Assembly (NCBI GenBank): GCA_964016885.1
Contig: OZ024740.1
Location: forward strand, 297,786,001 to 297,850,000
Direction: 5' to 3'
From: Eledone cirrhosa
Taxonomy: Eukaryota
Length of the DNA: 64,000 nt
The translations under genes and the position numbers were made by a program. Numbering within the stretch: position 1 is the stretch's first letter; each line of letters opens with the position of its first letter. Positions 1-13,289 of this stretch are shown piece after piece. The notes under the pieces are model-generated. The model saw nothing but the letters and a program-made list of their open reading frames with translations, searched no databases and was not told where the DNA came from.

Positions 1-43
1 TCATGTCTGGAACGCCTCTGATCTTCGATATGCTTGATTAGGG

Positions 44-237
44 ATGAACAACAACAATAACAACGAAAACAACAATAACGACGACGGCAATAACAACAAT
101 CACGACGACAATAACAACGACAACGACGACAACGATAACAACAACGACAACAGCGGCGACAACGAGAACAACAACAACAACGATAACAACAACTATAACA
201 ACAACGATAACAACAACGACGACGGCGACAGCAACAT
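44..237. repeat. (AAC/GAC)n trinucleotide low-complexity tract
   Basis: Read directly; produces the poly-N/D ORF at 44..292. Confidence 0.9.
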
Positions 238-243
238 TAATAG

Positions 244-620
244 GGAGTGTTGGAATAAGCGGGAAGAGGTTGAAAATTTTTTTTTTTTTTAAACCAGAAT
301 TATTCGTTTAGTTTACATATTGAGACCCCAACCCATCCTTTTTATTTTATAATGTATGGGATTTCTAGTAGTGTACTTCTTTGGTCATGTATAATTGTTT
401 AATGTCTAAAGAAAATTGATTTTCAGACGAAAATTTCTTGTAATGTTCTTTTTCTGTTATGTATGTTTTTTAATGTATAAAGAAAATGAATTGTCGCATG
501 AATGCTACCACTTACAATAAACATTTCAGCGAAGATAGATTAGCAAAATTTAATAAGAGCGGGAGGTTGTCGAAACAAATCTTTAAAATTAAGCGATGGG
601 GGCATTTTTCGTGACCTGAG
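244..620 (+). mobile_element. Partial copy of TA-flanked MITE family (MITE-T)
   Basis: Shares internal blocks (ttacatattgagaccc; aatgtctaaagaaaatt; gaatgctaccactta) with 13711-14016, 42733-43291 and 61830-62233. Confidence 0.7.
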
Positions 621-672
621 AAAACAGCAATAACTTTGCCAAAACATTGTCATTTACCAACAAAATAACGGT

Positions 673-880
673 TTCTTATTTAGGCACAAGGCCAACAATT
701 TTAGGGGAAAGTCTATTAAATCGACTCCAGTGCATTACTGGTACTTTATTTTATCTACCCCGTAAGGATGAAAAGCAAAGTTAACCTCGGTAGGATTTGA
801 ACTCAGATCATAAAGGGCCGTAACTCTATGCTGCAAAGCATGGCGTCCGACTCTCTACCGATACTGCCGATGCACCACCC
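673..880 (-). mobile_element. tRNA-derived SINE, family 1, full length
   Basis: Minus strand has an A-box-like GGCAGTATCGG, B-box GAGTTCAAATCC and core ttcatccttacggggt..gataaaataaagtaccag. 20-bp TSD tttaccaacaaaataacggt at 653-672 and 881-900. Confidence 0.92.
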
Positions 881-959
881 TTTACCAACAAAATAACGGT
901 ATGTATTAGGTACAAGAATAGTACTTGGGGTGGGTGGGGGGAATCAATTGACTCAACAC

Positions 960-1117
960 CAGGGCCGTCTTAACAGCATTATAGGTCCCCAGGCAAAGCA
1001 GAGCACTGGGGCCCCTACCTACACAACCACTCAAAGGAATAAAAATACAAATGGGCCCCCCATCCCCGTGGGGCCCCGGGCAACTGCCCAGCGTGCCCAT
1101 GCGTTAAGACGGCCCTG
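960..1117. mobile_element. hAT-type MITE
   Basis: Perfect 15-bp TIR cagggccgtcttaac/gttaagacggccctg; 8-bp TSD ctcaacac/ttcaacac (7/8). Confidence 0.9.
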
Positions 1118-1171
1118 TTCAACACCACGACTTAAATAGTACTTTATTTTATCAACCCTAGCACTCCGAAA

Positions 1172-2480
1172 TAACCACCACTACCACGACTACTACTGCA
1201 CTAGCACCACCACTACCACCACCAAGACTGGCACCAACACCATAATGCCAACAATAAGCTTAATAACTGCAACTACAACTACAACTACTACTATCATCAC
1301 TACCACTATAACTACTACAGTGGCAGTCTCCACCAACACTGGCACCACCACCATAACTTCAACAATAAGCATAACAACTACCACTACCACTACTACTATC
1401 ACTACTACCACGACAACCACTGCACTAACAGTCACCACCACCACCACCACCACTGGCACCAACACCATAACTTCAACAATAAGCTTAACAACTACCACTA
1501 CCACTACTACTATCACCACTACCACTATAACTACTACAGTGGCAGTTACCACCACCACCACACCAACAATAAGCTTAACAACTACCACTACCACTACTAC
1601 TATCACCACTACCACTATAACTACTACAGTGGCAGTTACCACCACCACCACCACCAACAATAAACTTAACAACTACCACTACCACTACTACTATCACCAC
1701 TACCACTATAACTACTACAGTGGCAGTTACCACCACCACCACACCAACAATAAGCTTAACAACTACCACTACCACTACTACTATCACCACTACCACTATA
1801 ACTACTACAGTGGCAGTTACCACCACCACCACACCAACAATAAGCTTAACAACTACCACTACCACTACTACTATCACCACTACCACTATAACTACTACAG
1901 TGGCAGTTACCACCACCACCACACCAACAATAAGCTTAACAACTACCACTACCACTACTACTATCACCACTACCACTATAACTACTACAGTGGCAGTTAC
2001 CACCACCACCACCACCAACAATAAACTTAACAACTACCACTACCACTACTACTATCACCACTACCACTATAACTACTACAGTGGCAGTTACCACCACCAT
2101 CACACCAACAATAAACTTAACAACTATAACTACTACTATCACCACTACCACCTTAACTACCTCTGTGGCAGTCACCACCACAATAACAACAATAGGCTTA
2201 ACAACTACTACAACTACTACCACCACAACTACAACTACTGCTGTGGAAGTCACCACCACCACCACCTTAACTATTGTACAAATACTACAACTGCAACCAT
2301 TACTACAACATCAACTGCAGTAGCAATCACCACTACCTCCACAACCACTACCACTATAATAACAGTCAGCTTGACAACAACTACAACAGTAGCAACCACT
2401 GCCACAACCATCATAACTGCAACAACCACTGCAACAACAACATCTACAGGTGTAACAATCACCATCAACTACTATAACAA
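1172..2480. repeat. ACC/ACT-rich low-complexity tract with ~90-bp minisatellite core (~1480-2140)
   Basis: acaccaacaataagcttaac recurs at 1741, 1831 and 1921 (period 90). Confidence 0.9.
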
Positions 2481-2619
2481 TACCAGCCATGCTAGAAGTA
2501 GCAGCCAAATCTCCCTCAATTCATATGCTACCGCCCTAAATAATTTTCAACATTCGATAATGTGTTCCTGCGTTTCCACCACACTGAGGAAAACTGGTTG
2601 GTCACGTCTGGAATCAAAA

Positions 2620-3158
2620 GAAAGGAGGTGGCTGTAAAAGTCACTCGCTATTTTCAGTTCGGTATTCGTGCCAACCCTTACTTAAGGTCATGAATCTAGG
2701 ATAATGACCGAAAGAATACGATCACGAACACAAGCGGCCAAAATGGAATTCCTCCGAAGGGTCTTTGAAGTAACGTTACTCGATAGAGTGCGTAGTTCGG
2801 AGATGAGAGACTCATTGAAGGTAGAGCTACTACTTTCTCTGAATTGAGAGGTCACAGCTCCGATACTATGGACATGTGGTTAGATTGTCTCAGGAAAGAA
2901 TCGCTGGACAGATTTTACGGGCAAAATCAACCGACAGGAGACCCACGGGTAGACACCGAGCAAGATGGTTGGATAACATCCATGAGCTTGGCTGGTCTCG
3001 TTTGGGGATCTAGCCAGATCAGGTGGACACGGTTACTTCTGACAGGACCCTCTATAAGGAGACTTTGAGAACCCTGCCCCCCACGACGTTCTCGGGAATA
3101 AATGGGCGAAGAAGAAGAAGAAGAAGAAGAAGAAGAAGAAGAAGAAGAAGAAGAAGAA
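2620..3158 (+). mobile_element. 5'-truncated RTE-clade LINE (Rex3/Expander-like 3' end) with (GAA)n tail
   Basis: Decayed translation VFVPTLT*GHE..MTERIRSRTQAAKMEFLRRV..LLDRVRSSE..IERSQLRYYGHV..RARWLDNI; (GAA)n at ~3108-3157. Confidence 0.88.
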
Positions 3159-3414
3159 TGGTTTCCATCACAAAGGAGAAAACTGGCTAGTCACGTCTGG
3201 AAGGCTTTTGATCATAGATCTGCTCGATCAGTGTTGTAAAAGTAAAGAGCCATTGACTCTTGATGGAGTCGTAGGGCCGCTGTCATGACACACAGAGTGT
3301 TTGGGGCATGTTAAGCCTTTGTGGAACCTTTTCCTTCTGAAGTTCGAAATACTGCTGATTTCTTTTAGAGAAAAGAAGAGAGGTAGAGGAAGAAGCAACC
3401 CTAGTGATTGAATG

Positions 3415-3555
3415 ATACTTTATTTATTGATCTCGAAAAGATAAAAGTTGAAATTGACCGCGGCGGGATTTGTAATCAGAGTGTAGCGAGGCGAAACAAA
3501 TACCTTAAGGTATTTCTAATCTGATGCCCTAACAACTCTGCCAATTTGCTGCCTT
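3415..3555 (-). mobile_element. Diverged SINE related to family 1
   Basis: tactttattt..gatctcgaaaagataaaag..ttgacc..ggcgggatttg..ctgccaatttgctgcc. Confidence 0.6.
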
Positions 3556-3749
3556 TGATCAGAGTTGACCTGGGGCTAAACAACAACTACTACAACCGTC
3601 ACATTCACCACTACTATGACATTTATCACCAGGACCTCCAAGAGAAATTTTGCAAGGTGGTATAAGACCCCATGAGGCCCAAAATAGGCAAAGATTTTTT
3701 TCAAAATGGATGTTGCATTGTTGCTGTGGGGCCTTCTTAGCTTAAGATG

Positions 3750-4182
3750 TTTGTGAAATTAATGTACGAGTGGCTGAGCATTCCACAGACATGTGTACTC
3801 CTAACGTAGTTCTCAGGGAGATTCAGCGCAACATATTGTGTGACAAGGCTGGCCCTTCGAATTAGTGGAGTAACGTTAAATTTAGTCTCATATCCAAGGA
3901 TACAACGCGCCCTAGTAGCCTGCTCGTGAAATTTACGTGCGAGTGGTTGAGCATTGCAGAGACACGTGTACTTTTAACGATATTCTCAGGGAGAATTAGC
4001 ATGACACAGTGTGACAAAGCTGGCATTTTAAATTACAGGTAAAACTCATTTTTTTCCTGGCTGAGTGGACAGGAGCAACCCGAAATAAAATATCTTGCTC
4101 AAGGACAAAACGTGCCGCCAGTAATCAAAGAAACGACCAAACGATTGGTAGCTGAACACTCTAACCACTAAGCCATGTGCCT
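3750..4182 (-). mobile_element. tRNA-derived SINE, family 2, with partial internal duplication
   Basis: Head aggcacatggcttagtggttagagtg on minus, with a cttgagcaaga..tttattt..ttgctcc.gtccactcagc domain. Block 3750-3860 is repeated at ~3925-4025. Relatives at ~13030-13140, 40805-40925, 54320-54560 and 63270-63500. Confidence 0.75.
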
Positions 4183-4304
4183 GTTATCTACTAACACCAC
4201 AACAACAACAGAACTAACACCACTGTATCTGCTGTCACCACCGCCGTAATAGAAGCAACAATAACTATTGATTGATACCAGAGCAATACAGCAACAAACA
4301 ACAG

Positions 4305-6630
4305 TAACATAACAATCCCCACCGCCACCACTAACAGTAACACATACCACCACCACCACTGTAACGGTAACACATACCACCGCCACCACTGTAACGGTAA
4401 CACATACCACCACCACCACAGTAACGGTAACACATACCACAACCACCACCACCACCACTACCACCACCACTATAACAGTAACACATACCACCACCACTGT
4501 AACGGTAACACATACCACCACCACCACCACCACCACCACTACCACCACCACTGTAACACATACCACCACCACTACCACCACCACTATAACAGTAACACAT
4601 ACCACTACCACCACCACTGTAACAGTAACACATACCACCACCACTGTAACGGTAACACATACCACCTCCACTATAACAGTAACACATACCACAACCACCA
4701 CCACCACTATAACAGTAACACATACCACCACCACCACCACTATAACAGTAACACATACCACTACCACCACCACTATAACAGTAACACATACCACCACCAC
4801 TGTAACGGTAACACATACCACCTCCACTATAACAGTAACACATACCACAACCACCACCACCACCACTACCACCACCACTATAACAGTAACACATACCACC
4901 ACCACTGTAACGGTAACACATACCACCTCCACTATAACAGTAACACATACCACAACCACCACCACCACCACCACCACCACTATAACAGTAACACATACCA
5001 CCACCACCACCACTATAACAGTAACACATACCACTACCACCACCACTGTAACAGTAACACATACCACCACCACTGTAACGGTAACACATACCACCACCAC
5101 CACCACCACCACCACTACCACCACCACTATAACAGTAACACATTCCACCACCACCACTATAATAGTAACACATACCACCACCACCGCCACTGTAACAGTA
5201 ACACATACCACCACCACCACCACCACCACCACCACTACCACCACCACTATAACAGTAACACATTCCACCACCACCACTATAACAGTAACACATACCACCA
5301 CCACCACCACTATAACAGTAACACATACCACTACCACCACCACCGCCACTCTAACAGTAACACATACCACCACCATCACCACTGTAACAGTAACACATAC
5401 CACCACCACTGTAATGGTAACACATACCACTACCACCACCACCACCACCACCACTGTAACAGTAACACATACCTCCACCACCACTGTAACAGTAACACAC
5501 ACCACCTCCACCTCCACTATCACCACTGTAACAGTAACACATACCACCACCACCTCCACCATCACCACGGTAACAGTAACACATACCACCACCACCACCA
5601 CCACCACCACTACTGTAACAGTAACACATACTTCCACCACCACTGTAACAGTAACACACACCACCTCCACTACCACCATCACCACTGTAACAGTAACACA
5701 TACCACCACCACCACTGTAACAGTAACACATACCACCACCACCACTGTAACAGTAACACACATCACCTCCACCTCCACCATCACCACTGTAACAGTAACA
5801 CATACCACCACCACCACCACCACCACTACCACTAACACTAACACATACCACCACCACCACTATAGCAGTAACACACACCACCTCCACCTCCACCATCACC
5901 ACTATAACAGTAACACATACCACCACCACCACCACTACCACTAACACTAACACATACCACCACCACCACCACTGTAACAGTAACACACACCACCTCCACT
6001 ACCACCATCACCACTGTAACAGTAACACATACCACCACCACCACTGTAACAGTAACACATACCACCACCACCACTGTAACAGTAACACACATCACCTCCA
6101 CCTCCACCATCACCACTGTAACAGTAACACATACCACCACCACCACCACCACCACTACCACTAACACTAACACATACCACCACCACCACTATAGCAGTAA
6201 CACACACCACCTCCACCTCCACCATCACCACTATAACAGTAACACATACCACCACCACCACCACTACCACTAACACTAACACATACCACCACCACCACCA
6301 CTGTAACAGTAACACACATCACCTCCACCTCCACCATCACCACTGTAACAGTAACACATACCACCACCACCACCACCACCACTACCACTAACACTAACAC
6401 ATACCTCCACCACCACTGTAACAGTAACACACACCACCTCCACCATCACCACTGTAACAGTAACACATACCACCACCACCACTGTAACAGTAACACACAC
6501 CACCTCCACCTCCACCATCACCACTGTAACAGTAACACATACCACCACCACCACCACTACCACTAACACTAACACATACCACCACCACCACTATAACAGT
6601 AACACATACCACCACCATCTCCGCCACCAC
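4305..6630. repeat. Minisatellite ctgtaacagtaacacata(cca)n with a higher-order ~329-bp duplication
   Basis: Read directly; ORFs 5351..5986 and 5947..6315 start with identical sequence 329 bp apart. Confidence 0.93.
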
Positions 6631-6675
6631 AATCTGTTACTATTACATAGCAGTATAGCAAGCTCTAAAATACTT

Positions 6676-6676
<1 letters not shown>

Positions 6677-6728
<52 letters not shown>

Positions 6729-6815
6729 TTATTATTACTTCAGCTACTGCTACTGCTACTACTACTACTATTGCTGCTGCTACCGCTGTTACTACTGCTG
6801 CTAGTGTTGCTACTG

Positions 6816-6874
<59 letters not shown>

Positions 6875-7690
6875 GCGGCTACTACAGCAGAACCACTATC
6901 ACAGAATAAACCTCAACACCACCACCACTACTACCAACACCACTGTATCAACACCATGACAACTGCAGAACCCCTATGACCAACAACAATGCTACTACCA
7001 CCACCACAGTTACCACTTCCACAGCAGCTGTACCAACACCACAACAACTGCAGTACCAGTACTATTATCAAAGCAGCAACACCATAACCCTTACCACATC
7101 AATAAAGCCACCAATTCACCATTACTACTACAACTACCACTACTACAATTACCACTGCAACTACCACGGTACCAACACCACCATAACTGCAAAACCACCA
7201 CCACGCTCAAAGCAACAATACCTCCAGCCTTACCACAGCAACGAACCACCATATCACCACCATTACCACCACCATCCATAATATAGCATTTAGCAGCAGC
7301 CTTCCAAGCAACAACCACCATAACCATCACCATCATCATCACCGCCATCACCACCACCAGCAACACTATTACCACCACCATTTCACTATCACTACCACCA
7401 CCATCACTATCAGTAACACTATTACCACCACCATCACCACAATAGCCAGCACCACAACTACTACCATCATCATCTCACCATCACTGCAACCACCATCACC
7501 ATTTACACAATAGCCACCGCCACCACTATCCCACCACCATCTCACCACTACGATCACCACAAAAACCACCACCACCACCATCACCACAATAACCACCACC
7601 ATCTCACTACCACCAACACCATTCCACCACCATCTCACCACCACCTCCATCTTACCACCACCGCAACCACTACGTCACAGCAACCACCTT
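6677..7690. repeat. (CTA)n microsatellite followed by (CCA)-rich low complexity
   Basis: Read directly. Confidence 0.85.
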
Positions 7691-8210
7691 CACTATTAGC
7701 GAACTGCTCGCTACTGAACTACATCATATATCCACCTACACAAACAAACACGCAGTTTACCAATCATTTCTCGTCGGCTATGTAAACGTATTGAGAAGTA
7801 CAACACACCACAGCACGTTGTATAACAATATATACCAAACCACACACATATACACACTACTTTGAACACATTAAACACATTATATACCCACTAAAACATG
7901 GATGGTTTACGTTTTGTGTTGGTATTCTCCGTAGGACTTTTATTACCGTTTTGGGGAGGTAAGTGTTAACTGAACTGTATACATTTTACAGTGTTTTGGT
8001 TGTCAAACACTGTCTTTCTCTTTCTCTTTCTCTTTCTGAATGTATCTGTCTACGTGTCTGTGGATGTGTGTCTGTCTGTGTTTGTTTTCTTGTTTATCAA
8101 TCAATATACATCTCTGTCAACCCATCTACCTGTGTGTATGTCTATCTCGCTATCTATCTATCTATTTATCTATGCCTTTATGGTAAATAAAGAAATCTAT
8201 CTATCTATCT

Positions 8211-10037
8211 GATTCAAGGCGATTTTGTCTAACACTATTAAATCATTTACCACCATTCATTTAACAATTCGTCTAACAAAATTTATTCATGTAAAACACG
8301 ATTCGTCTAAACACAATCCCTCTATCACAATTTATCTAAATTCATGTTTGCGGGGCTGCCGTATGCCTCCCCCAGCTACAATTTTTTTTTTTTTTTTAAT
8401 ATTTTCACTAAAAAACTAATGAATATAGTTCTCTCTAAAACAACAAAGGTATCATTATTGTTGTTCTCAAAAATCTAACAAAATTAAACGTAACAAAGGT
8501 ACACAAATAACAATTAGTTAAACTATATCGAGGTTTAATGGAAATTCTTTCAGCAGTCGTGCTACATGAGTCCATGTTAAATGTTTGTTATGGAAAGTCG
8601 TCGGGTCTGTGTAGTTGTTAATAATTGTTTCTACTTTTGGCACAAGGCCAGCAAATCACTCAGTGTATTACTGGTACTTTATTTTATCGACCCCGTAAGG
8701 ATGAAAGGCAAAGTTAACCTCAGCGAGATATTGAGCGTTTTGTTTTGTGTTGAAAATTCAGTAACCCATGATGAGTCCCCAATTTATTGATTCAGAGAAA
8801 GGTCACAAAAGGTTGATTAAATAATTGTTATATATTTTATAAGAACGGTCAAAATGGTGATTGTATCTATTGGAAGTATGAAAAATATTATAAAACGAAG
8901 TCTCGTCCTCGCATAACAACTGTTAATGAAATTACGAAATCTGCGACTGAACACAATCGGGTTTAGATGCTGTGGAAGTTATAGCTACAAAGACAGTGGT
9001 ACAAATACGGCACCTTGCAAAATATACAAAAGATACACCTCATTCAATAATACCTAGTGCGCTAGAAAATTTCATCCAAGCTGTTGCTCCAAAACTTCCA
9101 GAGATGCGAAGCATTAAAAGAACAATACGATCTATCCGACAACAAAGTATTGCTGGACCAGCCTTAACACCAAATCCGACAAATCGGAAGAAACAAACGA
9201 AAGGCTTTTACAAAAGATAAAGATATTAGAGCCAACATGTGCACCATTATCAATAATCAATTGATTTTGTGACATGCTATGTTCAAAACATGTATGGAAG
9301 AATTTCCCAATGCAAAACAGAAGAGAAGGGGGTTGTTGTTTTTTCATTTTACACATGTATTTTTTATAAAATTCAAAGCAGCGACTCGATATAACAATTT
9401 AAACAGATCCGAATTTTGCTTTGAGTCTACGAATGTTACCAGCGTCAGCATTTGTACCAGTAGACACAGTGATAGAGGCAATTTGAGTTATTATGCGATA
9501 GTAACATCATCTCTGCTAAAACCCTAAGAGATCTTGAATTATTTCAAAGGCATATGGATTGGACGGCCAGGTAGAAAGAAGGATTAATCCACAACCACCA
9601 TACTTTCCACGCGCAATCTGGAGTTCTCCAGATGTTGACAAAAACAAATAACACAGTCGAAGATTGGCACAGAGATTCCCAAACTCAAGTGGCAGCTTAA
9701 TACCACACTATTTGGAAATCAATCATTTGTTTGAAAAAAGATCAGAGACCACAAACTGAGCAATATTTGTCAGGAAGAGAATAAACCCATAAAAAAAACT
9801 TGTTGAAAACTTCAATCTTGTGAAAATCCTTGACTATATTCGTGGTAATGCCCATAGCCTTTGATTGTAGCTAACAATTAATTTTTACTTCAATGTACGA
9901 CAGAAATTTGTTCTGTTCTTTCACTCAAGCTTAAATACTGTACATAACATCAACTATATGTATTTTTTATAGTGAAGAAAAAATTGAAGTTAGTTTAAAA
10001 TTTAGATGAATTGTATTTTAGACGAATTTGCCGGATC
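8211..10037 (+). mobile_element. Decayed Mutator-like (MULE) DNA transposon with transposase remnants
   Basis: Broken frames at ~8770-9870: SEKGHKRL..CIYWK (FLYWCH-like), KLPEMRSIKRTIR, EEFPNAKQK..CFFHFT, FALSLRMLPALAFVP, NYFKGIWIG, TNNTVEDWH. Ends carry inverted attcgtctaa/ttagacgaat repeats. tatctatct (9 bp) flanks both ends, within (ATCT)n. Confidence 0.8.
8620..8726 (-). mobile_element. 5'-truncated SINE family 1 inside the MULE
   Basis: taattgtttctacttttggcacaaggccagc...ccccgtaaggatgaaaggcaaagttaacctc. Confidence 0.88.
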
Positions 10038-10251
10038 TATCTATCTATCTATTTGTCTGTCTGTCTGTCTGTCAATCTATCTATATATTTATCTATAATC
10101 TGTCTGTCTGTCAGTCTATCGATCGATCTATCTATATGTTTATTTATAATCTGTCTGTCTCTATTTAAGGATCTGTCTACCTGACTGTCTATCAATGTAT
10201 CTGGCTATTTTTGTATTAATTATACATATGGTTTCCTACCTACCAACCTAC

Positions 10252-10366
<115 letters not shown>

Positions 10367-10574
10367 CATACTTATTTATCTGTCTGTGGGTCTATCTCTG
10401 TCTGACAGTCAGTCTGACCACCTATCTACAAATCTTTTTATCTATCTCTACATGTTTACCACCCGATCTATTTGCATGTACAGTATAGCTAACAACCCGC
10501 CTCTGAATTACACACCACAATGCTTATAAACAATAAACTGATTATTTTAACGTGCAGAGTTGACTCCTGGTTGT

Positions 10575-10792
10575 GTAGTTCTAAATATTATTTTATGCAG
10601 TAAGTTTACGTTTTATGTCAAACACTACATGCGCTCACAATTGTAAAAGATGGTTAAAAAACTTAAAACAACCATAAATGTTAAAAATAGCCATTACAAA
10701 TGCTTCTCAGACACAGAAAATATCACAGACTGGGTCATAACACCTACCTCAAAGATTTGTCTCAGTTCTGAAACTTACTTCAAATAAACCCT
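10575..10792 (-). mobile_element. Unclassified dispersed repeat family A (terminus cagggtttattt)
   Basis: Homologous to 13570-14070 (+), 54750-55330 (+) and 58055-58265 (-). Confidence 0.7.
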
Positions 10793-11059
10793 GACAATAA
10801 AAGTATATATGGTGTCGTTTGGTCCCAGGTTGGCCTGAGCGAACAAATTTATTAAAGGTAATCCAGAGCAAGCCACCATCCCAGTCTTTGTATATCATAG
10901 ACTACATTGTTCAGTGTATCCTTCTTTATTGAAGATGATAGGGTGTGAGTTAAGGGAGATTTGACTACTACTTCTAGCAGGTCGAGCGGTAGCTTAGCGG
11001 CTCATTCGTTGACTTTCAAAGTGTATATAGTCTACTAAATGCGTATGTTTGTATATACA

Positions 11060-11703
11060 GCATAGCTGAATGGTTAAGGACTTCGCTTCGCAATCATTAA
11101 ATTCCGGGTTCGATTCCACTGAGTGGCATGTTTGGCAAGTATTATTTACCATAACGTTCCGAGGTTAACTTTGCCTTTCATCCTTACGGGGTCGATAAAA
11201 TAAAGTACCAGTAATGCACTGGGATAATTGCTGGCCTGGTGCCAAAAGTAGAAACAATTATTTACCATAACGTGGTGGTGGAATGGCAGTATCGGTAGAG
11301 GGTCAGACGCCATGCTTTGACGCATAGAGTTACGGCCCTTGCCATTCTGAGTTCAAATCCCGCTGAGGTTAACTTTGCTTTTCATCCTTACGGGGTCTAT
11401 AAAATAAAGTACCAGTAATACACTGGGATAATTTCTGGCCTTGTGCCAATAGTAGAAACAATTATTTACCATAACGTCCCTTTACTACCTCTCTTAGCTA
11501 CCTCTCTTTATAATCGGAGTTCAAATCCCGCCGAGGTTGACTTTGCCTTTCATCCTTACGGGGTCGATAAAATAAAGTACCAGTAATGCACTGGGTAATT
11601 GCTGGCCTTGTGCCTAAAGTAGAAACAATTATTTACCTTACCCTCAGGTCGATCTATGTCTTGTAAGTGAAATTGCGTAGACGGAAACTATTTCGAAGCC
11701 CGG
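11060..11703 (+). mobile_element. Older tRNA-SINE interrupted by three stacked family-1 SINE copies (~11158-11260, 11272-11463, 11516-11632)
   Basis: Host head tagctgaatggttaag...gggttcgattcc; host tail cttgtaagtgaaattgcgtagacggaaact. Three copies of the family-1 body are separated by ttatttaccataacgt. Confidence 0.85.
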
Positions 11704-12434
11704 ATGGACTGTGCTAAAAGACCAGTCTTGACACACACCCTGAAAACACCCGTTGATCGAACGACTGGCGTACTCATCGTCGAAACAGACGGGGGTCCAT
11801 TCCAAAATTTGTATAATCGTTGGTGTGTTTACATTGCTCAATATATGGAGATTTATGAAACCTGCATTTGTTAAGGAATTCATACATTAAAGAGTTTACC
11901 ATATGTGTATCCAGGTATGGACTAACTGATGATTTGTGATAAACAGGCGAAACTCCAGGGTAACAAGACTCACTATTTAGCCTTAATAAATGAATATTAA
12001 AACTCTACTTCGGTATTGAGTACTCTTTTCTCTGAGCCGTCCAACACATACGGATATATATATATGAGTCATATATATATAAGTTGTTTTTGTGTGTTGG
12101 GCAACAAAAACAAGATGGTGTTGGATAGAACAAAGGAGAAACACAAAATAACAAATTAGTCACTGAGGAGGTCACAGAATGTGTGACAATAAATAAACAA
12201 CCGTCCGATTATTAAATCAACCAACTGTAAATTTGTAATAAATTGAAATGAAAACCAACAGGTGCGTGTGATTTTATTGGCAGCATGACCCTCCCAAAGT
12301 ATATATATAGTCAGAAGGTGAGAGAAATGGCTTTAACACATAAATAGGTATATTTGTGAGAAAGAATGAATAAATGCTTACAGTGATTATGCATATAAAC
12401 AAAGACACGCGCACACATATATATGTGTGTAAAA

Positions 12435-12474
<40 letters not shown>

Positions 12475-13289
12475 AGAAGAAGAAGCCCCTTTCCGTCACG
12501 AATGACGATGATTTTTCACCTAGAACCCATCCGAGGCAAGGTGTGTTTGTGAAAGACCAGCAATCGCACATGCATGCCAGTCTCCCCCTCTCTCCATGCC
12601 GCCGATGTTGTCCAAGGGAAAAGCAATGGCTGATACAGCTTGGCCCCCAGTGGTCGAAATATATATACATATATTATTCATATTAAATTTGACTTATCTA
12701 CGCATTACTAGCATTGTCCAGATGTAAATATGTCTATTTCATCATAAACATTAGATGGTAAATTCTCCGATATTCTCCGATATTCTCTGACGAAATAGAT
12801 ATTTTTCGTCTGGAAACCACCTAGAAATCTCAACTTCCACACGATGTGCTGATTGTTCTTTTCTTTCGCTTGTACCAATACCTCTCTCTCTCTCTCTCTC
12901 TCCCCCTCTCTCTCCCCCCCCCTCTCTCTCTCTCTCTCTCTGATGCCTGTATACGGTTCACTGATTCACCGAACAGAGACTGATAATGGCGATAGAACTT
13001 TCATTAATTTCAATGATTAGCATCAGGTTGTTCATTCAACTATTCGTTGGATTAGCATGTAAGTGGCTGGGTATTCCGCAGATATATGTACCATTAGTGA
13101 TGCAATTCTCAGCTTGAGTCAGCATAGCACTATATGTGATAATGTTACACGTCAGGATATGGTTAGAGATGCCTGTATTGTGGTGCGGTAAATAAATATA
13201 TACATATACACCAGTCCGAACACAATGGAGCTAAACTCCCACTGTCACTGCCGCCGTCTCACCCCCCCCCCCCCCCCAGCTCTCACTAT

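Noticed and set aside
1193-7650. Mucin-like poly-T/poly-V and CYCYSGGG ORFs
   Set aside because: ACC-based mini- and microsatellites, open on both strands with frame-breaking unit lengths and no unique coding flanks.
11060-11125. tRNA-like sequence with A and B boxes
   Set aside because: No acceptor stem or cloverleaf; it continues into a SINE body, so it is a SINE head.
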